Shown piece by piece: positions 28,366 through 41,820 of a stretch of DNA of 64,000 bases. Position 1 is the stretch's first letter, and each line of letters opens with the position of its first letter. The stretch lies in the NCBI RefSeq assembly GCF_009914755.1, contig NC_060940.1. One strand, given 5' to 3'. The position numbers and the translations under genes were made by a program. The stretch comes from the human T2T-CHM13v2.0 reference genome, Homo sapiens. The notes below the pieces were generated by a model. That model was not told the origin of the DNA. It saw only the letters and a list, made by a program, of their open reading frames with translations, and ran no database searches.

Positions 28366-28740
28366 CAATCAGAGTTCAGAGTTGTTTTTTTTTGTTGTTT
28401 TTTTTTTTCTGGCCCATCAGATCAATTGCTAAATGGAGACAGGGGATTGGGTATTGTTTCCCAAGCATACCTACTTTGCATGGATTTTGATTGCTAGCCC
28501 AAAGAGGTCAAACTGCAAACAAAAATTGGGGCGAAGCAATTTATTTTGCCGGGGCAGTGAGCACTTTCAGAGCAATGAAAACTGATAAAGCTCCACTCCC
28601 TTAAATATGACCTTTGTCCTCCCTGCTTTGTTTTCTTTCTTGTGCTTGTCACCTTCTCACGTATCATCTATGACGTGCTGATTTATTTGTTTGCTTTCCA
28701 TCTCCTGAGCTCTACGTAAAAAAGCAGGGATTTTTTACTT

Positions 28741-28970
28741 TCTTTCTTTTTTTTTTTATTATACTTTAAGTTTTAGGGTACATGTGCACATTGTGCAGGT
28801 TAGTTACATATGTATACATGTGCCATGCTGCTGCGCTGCACCCACTAACTCGTCATCTAGCATTAGGTATATCTCCCAATGCTATCCCTCCCCCCTCCCC
28901 CCACCCCACCACAGTCCCCAGAGTGTGATATTCCCCTTCCTGTGTCCATGTGATCTCATTGTTCAGTTCC
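28741..28970 (-). mobile_element. Young L1 3' end (L1PA2-like), 5'-truncated, inserted in an L2 3' end
   Basis: Near-identical to the L1PA2/L1HS 3'UTR; GAG (not ACA/ACG) diagnostic (cactaactcgtcatc); TSD ttttttactt/tttttaactt. Confidence 0.92.
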
Positions 28971-31418
28971 TTTTTAACTTACTATTAGCACCTGGAAGAG
29001 TGCCTGACTCAGTCAAACTATGGGGAATAAATGATATTTCCTGGCACTTATTGTTCCTTTTCTTTGTTTCTTACCTTATTTCTTCAAATATTTTTTCATG
29101 AGAAAACATTATCAAAAAGAAGGCTGGACATTAATATGCTTCTCTGGACCTGTGGAGTTGTGCATAATGTCAGTTTCATTGAGACAAACCTCATCTATGA
29201 AATGGATGTTCAGAGAAGCCCGCTGATGGCAATTTCAGTTTTGTCTTTGGAAATCAATTGCGGAATTGACATACGGTCTTCTGAAAGTGATGGTACTTTA
29301 CTTGCTGTTGGTTGTCCACTCTAGTTTCCCTGCCAGTCTATATGTGGGCTGCATTCCACTCCAGCTGCAAATTCTAATCACAGATTTTTGCTCAGCAATG
29401 CTTGCCAATGAGAGGCATTGAGAGCTATGCATTGTGGAAGTTGATACATGGCCCAGTCAATCTATGACTTATGAGACCTATTGCAAGTCCAAGGAACTGT
29501 ATTGATTCTGCAGAATGGACTGGAAACTGACCTTCATCTCACAGAACCCTCCAACTTGCTCCTGGTCTGTTTATTCCCAATGGAGCACTTGCATCATGCA
29601 GCTTTGTTCCAAAATCATTAACTTTTATTTCCCTTTACATTCCATCATGATTTTTACCTTATGTATAAAGAGTGGACAAATAGAAGTCTTTATTTAGCAC
29701 AAAAGCTCAGTCCTGTTTCAATGTCAGCTATTCAGAGGCAGTTAATTTTATCTTCTCTCACTGCATGGGTTTAGTACACAGATACTATTTCCTTGGAAAT
29801 GCAGACATTGTGTCAAAATAATGTACATTTGATCCCTACACTACTTGTGCCAGCAGTTATTAATGATCATCTTTAGAGTATTGTATTACAAGTAGTCTTT
29901 TTAAAATGTTTCCCTCGTATCTTAATTAGATTAATCTTAATATTAAGACTGTTGCCTAATTTCTCATTGTGGTTGTACCAGCCAGCACATTATTGCATAG
30001 GGAGTTCAACAAATGATGGGCAAGGTGAGTTAAATATTCATTCCTGAGGCTGTTTGGGAAGGGACATCAACTGTCTGCCGCCCTCAGGTTTTCCTTTTAT
30101 CTATAGAATGGATGAGAGGCTGCAATAGGGCTTTCCTCTTCAGCCATTCTCTTTGTTCTTGAGATGCAGGTGTGGACTGGACTTCAAGATACTACCTAGA
30201 AAACATAACCAGTTTCCCTATTAGGTTGTGATCCCTTCGTTGTGCCTTTGAATTCCGAGCATATTTTATTTCATCGGAGGATGGCCATTACATTCTAATA
30301 ACTAAAATTATAGGATGTTCTGGCCAGAAGGAAGCTTATAATTCTTCTACCGGAGAATGTTCATTATGCAGATAAGTAACAAGGACTGAGAATTTCAGAA
30401 CTTACTCCAGGCCACAGGGCCATCGGCTTATCTGAGATGAAAGTCCATGGCTTCTGAGCTTTCCCACAGTATTACAGCTTGGTTTGGAGGTAGCTACTCA
30501 TTTTTCCTGGGCATTTATTTAAGGTAGAACATTTAATACAAGTCTGCCTTCTTTGTCAGGGGTGACTGCACCTGCAGTTGTTCCCACTGCAGCCTAATCA
30601 GGCAGGGAGGTCAGTCTGTGAGCGTGTGTCTGAAAAACACATACCGACTACTTTCTCGTGGCTGCTTTACTCAGAATTGTCACATCATTACCAGGTCTTT
30701 CCTGTTGCTATGTTCGGTTCACCTGAGGGGAGAAAATTGAACTGAACAATGGAAGATATGTGAACAATCAAAAAAAAATTAAATAAACATTTTTTCCCCT
30801 AAGGTGGAAAGGAAGGTGAAGGAGTCAAATAAAACCTCCTAAGAATAATGATTCCTTCAAAATGAATGTCATAGCCCTTGTCTTGACTTTGTTATGTCAA
30901 TACTATTTTATCCATACTGCATGATCTGCAAAGCTGATGCTACATCCAAGGATGGGGAACTTCCCTTTGTTATCTGCCAATATAGCTACCAATTCTATAA
31001 GTGTGAATGGAATGGCAATACTTTTATTAGTAAGCAAGTATGTGATTTTATTATACAGTATGTCAAATAAAAACTGCCAGGGAGAAAAAAAAGGAAAGGT
31101 AATCTTGGTGACAGGTGAACACCTTAGTTATAGGAACATCTTAGTTTAAACATAGTTTCTGAGTTTGCAAGTTATATACTAAATAGCACCACCATATGGA
31201 GCAGATGTAGGCAAAGCCACAAACACTAAGAAAATGAGGTCACAATTGTGGAAATGAGACATTTCCCCCTTTTTCCATGCCCTTGGTTGTATGCAGATTG
31301 CTCCAACCTAAAGGGATACATATTGAACTCATTTTCTGTAATTTAACTGAATTACAATGTTCATTTTTATATATAGCTAGAAAGAACTCAGACATAAGAA
31401 AGGGTATCTATTAGCTCT

Positions 31419-31709
<291 letters not shown>

Positions 31710-32318
31710 TTAGCTCTGTTTCTTAACATGAAAACAAAATCTTTGCATACAATTTTAATAGCAATTCAAGTGGTAGAAGAACAGGTAACAAATTGTTTAT
31801 TTAAAACCTATTTTACTTTAAAGATGAATCTTCCATTCTCCTCTCCACTCCCTTCATAATGTTCATTCATTCATTCCTTCTTTCATTAAAATTATTTGGC
31901 ATGAATTGAAGTTGTTTTTGAAGCACCTTTCCTGGAAGTAATCAACACAAAGAGTTATTGCTGTGTTCTCTCACTTTTTTTACTTTGTGACAAAATAGAA
32001 GCATAGAATTGGACCCTTTGAGGAGGATTGACAGCTGCAGGGGTGACAAGGGCTGATCTTCCTGGAGGAACAGGGACTAAGTCACACCATTCAGATGTCT
32101 GCCAAATTTGAGAGGCTAAAAAGACAGTACAGGGGAAAATGATAGCCCTTGTGGATTTACACTGATTTTCTGTGCATAATAATGGACAGAATTGTTTGCA
32201 GAGTGCTCTTTACTTTGGAGCAATCTGCATACAACCAGGGGAAAGGAGAGGAGAGAGTCTGAAAATGCTGCAGCAGTGAGATGCCCTATATGTAGACACA
32301 AAGTCCTTCTCGTAATTG

Positions 32319-32894
32319 TGTGGCAGGCAGAATAATGACTCTCCAAAGATGTTCACACCCTGATCCCTGGAACCTGTGAATAAGTTACCATCCATGGCAA
32401 AGGGAACTTTGAAGGTGTGATCAAGGGGATGCACCTTGAGTGAAGGAGAGAAGCCTGGATTACACAGGGGCATCTAATCTAATCACACCCAGCCTTAAAA
32501 GTGAAACACCTTTTCCTGGTTTTGTCATAAAGAGGTGCAATAAAAACAGGGGGAGAAATTCGAGGTGTGAGAGGGATTTGCTATTACTGTCTTTAGAGAT
32601 GGAGGAAGGGGTAGACCAGCCAAGGAATGTGGGTATCCTACAGAGACTGGGAACAGCTTATAGCTGACTGCCAGTAAGGGAACGGAGATCTTAGTTCTAC
32701 AACCTAAGGAAGTGAATTCCACCAACAACCTGTATGAGCAAGGAGAAATCTGTCCAGCCTCCGGAAAAGAACACAGCTCTTCCAAAACCTTTACTGTAGC
32801 CTGGTGAGACCTGCATAAGACTTCGGACCTACAAAACTGTAAGTCCCTTTATTTGCTGTGTAATTTGTTAGAGCAGCAATAGAAAATGGATACA
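32319..32894 (+). mobile_element. MaLR solo LTR (MLT1D/E-like)
   Basis: tgtggcaggcagaataatg...gcagcaatagaaaatggataca; TSD aattg/aatgg. Confidence 0.88.
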
Positions 32895-33767
32895 AATGGT
32901 TACAGATCAAGAGACGTCTCATTTGGGTAGGTGGAATAAAGCAATGCTACATTTGCCCTTACATCTTGAAAACAAGCATTATTGACAATTTAGGCAAACA
33001 TCCAGATTAAAATAATGAATAAAAGGGCACATGTGCACAATAGCCAGAATTGTTATTTATTATCACAGAATGGAGCTTTTCATTTTCAGACAGGCCTAGG
33101 AGGTATGAGACACAGGCTTTTTGTTGAGGTGTTTTGAAAAATCATTTGCAAATTTTGATAGTGAATGATTCCTCTTCTTGTTTCTGGGTAAATGTCATAT
33201 GTAAATATATTCATTGTAATCACTCAGACTTCTTGAGATACCTAGCAATTAGGTTAAGTTTGTACCAATTCCTTTGCTTTTTATCTCCATAGTTAATTGA
33301 ATCTTCTACAAAACTTACTTTTAGTTCATTATTTCTCCTTCTCTTTGGTCTTCTTTCTGGGGATCCTGTGTATCTTCTAGTTTTACATTAAGATTTTGCA
33401 TTGAAAGTCCTCCTGAATGTGCAAAATTGTAAGTGTACTCAGGCCTCACACACAGATGTAACGTAAGCACTCAGGGACATTCGTTCTGTCTGGCGGTGCC
33501 TGGATCATTGCTTAGGTTTAAGTTGTATTGTAATTTTACTTGTTCAAAATATGATTTCATTTTTTCCAGCATATAAATTACTTGAAGAGGCAGAATCTGA
33601 GAGTCAATAAAAGTTACACATACACAGATAGGTCTAGTGTGGTCCGTCCTGTATTGATACAGGCTCTTTAATAGGCACAAGCTGTTGTGTTTGTGCCTGT
33701 GTGTTGTGTTGTGTACAAGTGAGACAGACCCATTCTTCCTTAGGCTCAGGCCACATGATTTTAGGTC

Positions 33768-34172
33768 TGTTGGGGACTGAATTGTGTCTGCCATCCCCCA
33801 ACTCATATGTTAAAGCCCTAATCTCTGACTGCTTCTGGAAACAGGGTCTATAAGAAGGTAACTGAGCTTAAGTGAGGCCAGAAGCAGGTGGTCCTAATCC
33901 TGTAGGTCTGGTTTCCTTATAAGAAGAGGAAGAGACAAGAGAGAGCCCTCTCATTCTCTCTTCATACTCACAAAAGAAAGACAATGTGAGAAAACAGTGA
34001 GAACGTGGCTATCTGCAAGCCACAAAGAGAAGTCTCATCAGAAATTGAATTTACCAGCACCTTGATCATGTACCTCTGGCTTCCAGAACTGCGAGAAAAT
34101 AAATATCTGTTGTTTGAGCCACGCAGTCTTAAATGCAGTATTTCGTTATGGCAATCCTATCAGACTAATATG
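33768..34172 (+). mobile_element. MaLR solo LTR (MLT1A-like)
   Basis: ggactgaattgtgtc...ccttataagaagagg...ccagcaccttgatc...ttccagaactgcgagaaaataaat. Confidence 0.87.
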
Positions 34173-34389
34173 AAGCCACTTCCAGGAGTTTTTTTTTCAT
34201 CCTAGGAAGCCCTTGATGCAAATTAAGCTTGGGACAGGTGGCACCATCCAATTTACATTTGAAAGCAAACATTTCTGGCTGTTGTATAAAATATGACTTA
34301 AAAGTGGGGACTAGAATGAAAGTGGAAAATCAGCTGAGAAGATACTATTGTGTTTTGTGTAAGAGACAATGGCATTTTTCAATATTTGT

Positions 34390-35860
34390 GTGAAGCAAAA
34401 ATTACAACTCTAAATTTTTCAGTTTATAAAGTATGAAGATGGAATATGTATCACAAAAACCTCACAAAGAGTAGTGATTTGAGGTTAGTAGACATATACT
34501 ATTGAACATTCATGCATTTCCTGTGAGATGGTGTAATATTAACATTATAATTAAAATTTTATTATTCATAATGTAACCTCTAAGTTATTATGAAAAAGAT
34601 GCAAAGATACATAGCAAAAATGCCAATAAAGGAAATTAAAAGAAGTACCAAAAATATTTGATTAACTCAAAATGAGGCAGAAGAGACAGAGAAGAGAGAA
34701 ACAGATGGGACAATTAGAAATCAAATAGTAAAATGATAAGCCAAAATCAAACTTAGGCTAACGTTATATTTAATGTAAATGAGGTGAATATGCCAGTTGA
34801 AACATTAGAATTATCAGATAGTAGGAAAAAAGGAAGATCTAATTAAATACTGTCTACAGAGACATTCTGTTATAATTAAATCAGAGGAAGAGTGATAACA
34901 AAAGGATGAAAAAATGATACACCATGCAAACAATAAACATGAAAAAGAACAGCTATATTAACATCAGACAAGGTAAACCTCAAGACAAGGAAGAATGCTA
35001 TAGATAAAGAGGGATGTTTTTAAATGAAGAATTCTATTCATTACAAAGACATAATAATAATTAATATATATGTGCCTAACTCTAGAACTTCAGATTCTAT
35101 GAAGCAAAAATAGAATTACAAAGAAAATAGAAAATTACACATAGAAATATTCACATGTCCTCTCAGCAATTTATAACAACAACTACATTAAAATATTGGT
35201 CAAAGAGTAGAAGTTATGATTAGCACTATCAACCTCCTTGATCTTACTGACATTTATAAAGCATGACATCCTATAACTAGAATACATATTATTTTCAAGT
35301 GACATGGAGCTTTCAAGAGATAGATGGTGAGCCATAAAACAAATCTCAAGGAGAATAAATTGATACTTCCATATAGTTTCCAAAATTGTTGTATCTATTA
35401 AAGCTAAACTTATGCCTACCCTATGTTCCAACAAACCCATTCATAGGTATACACCACAGAGAACTGAGTTCCCCCAAAGATGAGTACAAACTATCTACAG
35501 CAGTTTTATTCATTACACCTTAAATCTAGAAAGTCTAACAGGAGAATAGACACATTGTGGTATATTCATATAAGGGAATATAACACAGAAGAATAAACTG
35601 TTTGCTGTGCAGAACAAAATGGAAGAATCTCACAAATACAATAATGCGCTCAGGAGTGCAGTCATGAATCTGGTCATCCTGTATGACTCCATTTATATGA
35701 AGTTCAAGAACAGCCAAAACTAATCAACAGTAATTGAGGGAAGAAGACTGAAGAGTTACTAATTCTTGGAGTAGAAAACATTGTCTAGGAAGGGCACAAA
35801 GGATCATTCTCCATGATGACAATTTACATGTTATATGGGTGATTGCAGCACTTAACTTAA
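34390..35860 (+). mobile_element. Ancient L1M (ORF2 5' part joined to L1ME-like 3' end)
   Basis: actgtctacagagac, taccatgcaaac, agctatattaacatcagacaa, aacaaatctca; then cattgtggtatattcata...ccatttatatgaagttcaagaac. Confidence 0.78.
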
Positions 35861-36589
35861 ATGTAAGTTAAGTCCCAATCAAAGCAACTGACTGTTCAGG
35901 TAACAAACACTTGGTTTCAGAGGCTCAGCCTTTGCCCAACACCACCAACTTTATAAACAAGATATGTCATAAGAACCTTGATTTTCCAGTCAACATTTTT
36001 AGGAGCTCCCAAATGATCCAAAAGTAGAATTGGATATCATTTCCTTCCCAAATTCATTATTTCCAAATCTGATGACTTGAAATGTGTGATCCTTTAGACA
36101 GGAGTTTGCAAACAGGTGAGCTTTGTACCAACCATATAAAGAAAATTTCTAGAGCAAATTATTGATTCAGTCAATCCTGCAATGAGAATATTGAATGACT
36201 TAAAAATATAAATGATTTTGAACTCTTTGGAAGCAATTACCAGAAACTGATGTGCTAATGGTATGTTATACCAGTGTGGTTTTAGATGGGCAAAACTTTT
36301 GGGCTAGTTGAAGTTATTTTGAAGTTGTGAAAAAAAAAAGTTGTTTTTCTTTGACAGCACTTCCTACTTCTCACACATTTCCTTCCATTAGCCGCCCCTT
36401 CCTTTCTTCCCTCCCTGTTATTCCAGGTATGCCTAGTAGGAGGCACCTCTTTCACAGTAGCCTAGACAAGCTTGGGCATCTCTGCATGGAAACTTTTGAT
36501 AGAAAGAGAGTTACAGATTGTAAGTTTTTTTAGTTGCCACAGCTGTAGGGACATTAAAGATGTCTTGTATACATAGACATGTGTTAGCT

Positions 36590-36830
36590 GAGCCAGTGGA
36601 AAGTGCTGGAGTTGGACCTGACTTTAAACAGAGGCTCTAGTACTTGGTAGTTACGCAATGTTGGGCAAGTTACTAAAACTCTGAGCCTCAGTTTCCTTAT
36701 CTGTAAAATGTAATTGATAATCATTGGCTTATAGGGTCATTGTGCTATGGTTATTGTGATAGGACTACATAGAATGATGTCGGGCATATCATAGGAGCTC
36801 AATAAATGATGGTATTATTACTTTATGATG
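36590..36830 (+). mobile_element. MIR
   Basis: ttgggcaagttactaaaactctgagcctcagtttccttatctgtaaaatg...gctcaataaatg. Confidence 0.85.
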
Positions 36831-36919
36831 ATAATCCTGCTGCTATTGCTGCTGCTGATATTACACTTAGTGGAATTCTGTCCTCCTTCCTTCATAAATA
36901 CAGGCAGAAACATAAGTAC

Positions 36920-36985
36920 ACAGTTAAGCACAATTAAATGAATTCTTTTGTTACAGTTATGCACAATTAAACGAATTCTTTTGTT
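36920..36985. repeat. 33-bp tandem duplication
   Basis: acagttaagcacaattaaatgaattcttttgtt / acagttatgcacaattaaacgaattcttttgtt. Confidence 0.95.
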
Positions 36986-37990
36986 TCTTTCTGAATAATG
37001 GGGCTTATCAATTCTTCATAAAGCACTTTGGATTCTGGAGCTACATCTCTAAAGAAGTCCAATGACTAAATAAGATTTAAATGCCATTAGTAGTTCATAT
37101 AATTATCACAAAGTGCCAGAGAGATATTTTGAATATCAATAAATCGAGCCACCTTTTTTACTTCCTGTAAGATTTCTATTGAGATGTTAACAGGCAGAAA
37201 ATCAGTAAAAATATTGTATATAGTTTATTTTCATTTTAATTTTTTAAATCCCACATTGCTTAGCTCAGGAAGATGTGAACAGAAGGAAGTTTTAGAGTAG
37301 TTTATTATCCTTTAGAGTCAGCTTTGTGAATTACCTAATTACTCTCAACCTTGGTGCTATTGACATTCTGCATCATCACTATAGAAAAGTTCATGTGTGG
37401 CATGTGTACAACGTAGTTTAATCTGACATTCTTTTTTAATATCTAGGAGATTTAGGGACCACTGTAAAAATAATTGGCAAGGAACTGCAAAGTGTTTTTC
37501 TCTTCTTAAATAACTATATTACACTTATACAAAGTATACTGAGAAGGAGCTAGGAAGAGAATATAGAGGATTACTGTGAAATACGATGAATATATATTGA
37601 ATATTAACTCTCCATGATCATCATCAGTGAAAGGGATGATGGGATAGCAAAGAGAAAATGGTATGAAATGCTTAGGTCTGTTGGAAAGAAGTAGGAATTT
37701 GATTCAAGTAAAACAAGGGCTCCAGTTTATTATTATTTAAGCTGTGCAAAAAATGTTAAGCATTTTACATGTACTGTCTTACTAAATTCTTCAATGACTC
37801 TAAGAGGAGGTGTTCAATGGAAAATACAATTGATCACTCATGTGTAGTGTCATGAAGGACTTCGGGAATTTAACAATGGTTAAGACAATCTCACAGAGTG
37901 GAGATTACCAACACATAAACAGAAAAAAATATATTTTATAATAAGAAGCGAAAGGATAAGCAAAGAACTATCAGTATTGGTTTGTAATCT

Positions 37991-38274
<284 letters not shown>

Positions 38275-38418
38275 TGATTTGTAATCTAAATTAATTTGTA
38301 AAACAATCCCTATATCACTTTGGAATTGGAAGATTTTCCAGGATTCAGGGACTGTAGGATAGGAATGACTCACATCTAATTTATAATCAAAGATTTATGG
38401 ATAATCACTAAGACACTA

Positions 38419-38572
38419 GATTTATTAAAGTGTTCTCACCACAAAAATAAGTATGTGAGGTAATATGCATGTTAAATAGCTTGATTTAGCCATTTCACAA
38501 TGTATACAGGTATCAAAACATCATGTAGTACTCCACAAATACATACAATTTTTACTTGTCAATTAAAAAAAA
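38419..38572 (+). mobile_element. L1MA-type 3' terminus
   Basis: aagtgttctcaccacaaaaataagtatgtgaggtaat...gatttagccatttcacaatgtata...gtcaattaaaa. Confidence 0.85.
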
Positions 38573-38990
38573 GAATATATAACTCTATATTTTAGTCCAA
38601 AAGAAAGGATTTGTTGAATACGTTTGGGTAGGACATGGTCTGTGGCATGTGGCATGCACAGCCACACCCAAGGAGCAGGATTCTGGAAAGACAGTGGCCT
38701 GAAACACACATCTGACCCCTCCTTTGTGAGAACTCCCACTCAGGATCCACGCGGTGCACACAGAGGGAGCCTGGAGGGTGTGTTGTCTCTGGTGGTGAGA
38801 TTTCCTAAGATGTCTCTGAAGGGTCTTCAAGGGACTTAATTATCTGGGCCCATGACCCAGGCCTTGCCTTTGCTGGGAGAAGAGGGCAGATGTTTTAGAA
38901 GAGAGCTGGGGATGTGGTCCAAGCATCAGCATATCTCACAATCTTCTCCTGTGCTTCTGATACACAGCTGGGGTTGCATGTTACTAATTT

Positions 38991-39229
<239 letters not shown>

Positions 39230-39249
39230 GCATGTTACTAATTTAATGT

Positions 39250-41820
39250 TACTTAGGATGGCCACATTGAATAGTTAAATGAGATGATTCGTTTGGAGGG
39301 AAAAACGATGGAGAAGTAACACAGAGCATTAACACAGAAAAAAAAGAAACTTTCAAGTAGACAAAGTAGATCAACAACAGCAAAACTTACTTTCTGAATT
39401 TTACAACTTATTAAAATAATTAAAATATTATTTTGGAAAGCCAAATGGAGTGAATATCTAACACAGACAAAAATAAATGGAAATGAGAGGTGAAAGGTAT
39501 TTGGCTGATGATTAAAAGGAAAAGGGAATAAATAGAGAATAGATGTTAATGAAAGAAACAATAGAACTTTTCCCTGAGTGGAAGAAAGACTTAAATCTAA
39601 AATTAAAAAAGGCTTAGTGGCTCCCAAATAGCATTGAAATTAAAGGTCCTAAATATCAAGTGGAAAATATGAGAACAGCATGTGGTTTATTATGTAGCTT
39701 AATGACAGAACTCAAAGGATCCTACATACAGCCAAGGAATCATTATTTTCTTAGTCCAAAATATATATATATATTTGGAGAATGTGGGATTCAGTTGGTA
39801 CATTCATATGTTCCATATAAGTTATTCAAGTATAGTGAAAATGGGTTGAGTCATCTAAAGTGATGAGGATAATATGACTTGGATATAGATACACACATGC
39901 ACATATACACACGTGTGTGTATAATAAACATATTAAGTATATTTGAAATAAGAAAATCTAAAAGACAAAACCAAGAGATTAGATCTAAAGTTTTAAAACC
40001 ATCTCAGCAAAACTCGAGAGGTGGTGGGTGAGATGCCTGAGAGAACCATAGTCCAGAGGTCTATTCTGGCGGGACTGTACTGTCACCCACATGGTGACAG
40101 CCTGGGGGTAAAAACATTCTAATGTTTTCTGCACACATATGTTTATTGCAGCACTATTCAAAATAGCAAAGACCAGGGACCAACCCAAATGCCCATCAGT
40201 GATAGGCTGGATAAAGAAAATGTGGCACATATATACCATGGAATACTATGTAGCCATAAAAAAGATGAGTTGCTGTCCTTTGCAGGGACATGGATGAAGC
40301 TAGAAACCATCATTCTCAGTACACTAAAACAGGAACAGAAAACCAAACACCACATGTTCTCACTCATAAGTGGGGGTTGAACAATGAGAACACGTGGATG
40401 CAGGGAGGGGAACATCACACACCGGGGCCTGTTGGGGGGTGGGGGGCAAGGGGAGGGATAGTATTAGGAGAAATACCTAAAGTAGATGACGGGTTTATGG
40501 GTGCAGCCAACCACCATGATACATATATACCTACGTAACCAACCTGAACGTTCTGCGTATGTATACCAGAACTTAAAGTATATATATATAATTCTAATGT
40601 TTTCATTTGGTGCCAGGGAAAGGCAAGAGAGCAAGTAAACTGTCTTGGTTGGCACTATGGCTCCTAAATCTATATTCATTCATAGAGAAATGTAGTTTCA
40701 TCATAGCCATTAGGAATGCGTATGTAACTAATAGCAATGCTGAGAAGTATGGTTATCTTTCAAAAGTAACCAGGTGTGTGGGTGGTGAAGGTAGAGAAGA
40801 ATATGAAAAAAATTGAGATATCCAGAAACAGTAATGAGATATATAGGACAGTAATGAGAGAAACAGATCAAATGAGATTAAATAAGAATAAAACCAAGTA
40901 TGTAAATTTTCACAATACACAAAAAGTACTGACTGAATTTCCATAACACAATTAAGAGACTCTCATAGGAGGTTAAAATATAAAATGGACAAAAATATAG
41001 AAAAATTAATAGTCTAATTAAAATAGTATGATTTAAATGCACCAAACAAATGACAAAATTCTAAAAAATAAGACTGACTTGGGCCAGGTAAAATTATAGT
41101 AGTTGGTTTTAATATAACTCATTAGAAAAATATTAGTGATAAATTCAGTAAAAAACCCAGGTTAACTTGGATTTAAATTATGCAATTAAAAGCTCAAAGC
41201 AATATGTATTAAACATTTTAGCCTATATGCAAAAAGCAAACAGTTTTTGGTTCACAGGTATGTGCAATTATCAAAATGAATATCATAATATTAAAAATGT
41301 AGAGGTTTTACAGGTCATGTTTCTAATCATAGCCAATAGAGCTAGAAATCAATAGTAAAATTGTTGTAGAATCTTAGCTACTAGTAATTTAAAAAACACA
41401 AACTTTCAGTTAAAGCAATTAAAAACGTCAAATTATCTAGGTAGACAAATACTGAAAGGCAAGCTTACATTATAGCTTAGGTGACGTAGCCATTGTTTTG
41501 TACAGATAAAATTATTAGTTTTAAAGGCCTCATACTAAAGATAATGACTAACTTAAACTAGAAAAAGCATGGTACAGCATACTGAAAGAATGAAGGTAAT
41601 AATAATTAGTGATGTAATAGATAAAATTAATAAAATAGAAAATGTATATTATCAAAAGGATAAATGTGGTCCCCAAATATGGGCCTTTAGGAAAAAAAAC
41701 CTGGCATATTTGATTATGAAAAATATGAAAAGATAAATAAATGCAATAATTAGAAAAGCCTAGTTGATAACGTCACAGGTCCTGAAAAAAAAATTTATAA
41801 GAGAATATTATGTATATTTC
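39250..41820 (+). mobile_element. Highly decayed ancient L1M (ORF1/ORF2 remnants), interrupted by an L1PA
   Basis: A-rich strand; L1-like motifs agaacttttccctgagtggaagaaagact, cacaattaagagactctca, aaactagaaaaag; boundaries approximate. Confidence 0.55.
40130..40590 (+). mobile_element. L1PA7/8-like 3' end, 5'-truncated, with (TA)n in place of the poly-A tail
   Basis: ORF2p C-terminus remnant (FAGTWMKLETIILS...KHHMFSLISG) plus 3'UTR; perfect 14-bp TSD attctaatgttttc at 40116-40129 and 40591-40604. Confidence 0.95.

Noticed and set aside
29031-29324. 97-aa ORF in largely unique sequence
   Set aside because: No recognisable domain, no convincing splice or promoter context, and the length is within chance expectation
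40189-40380. ORF resembling a real protein
   Set aside because: It is the decayed L1 ORF2p C-terminus in a 460-bp truncated copy, not an independent gene
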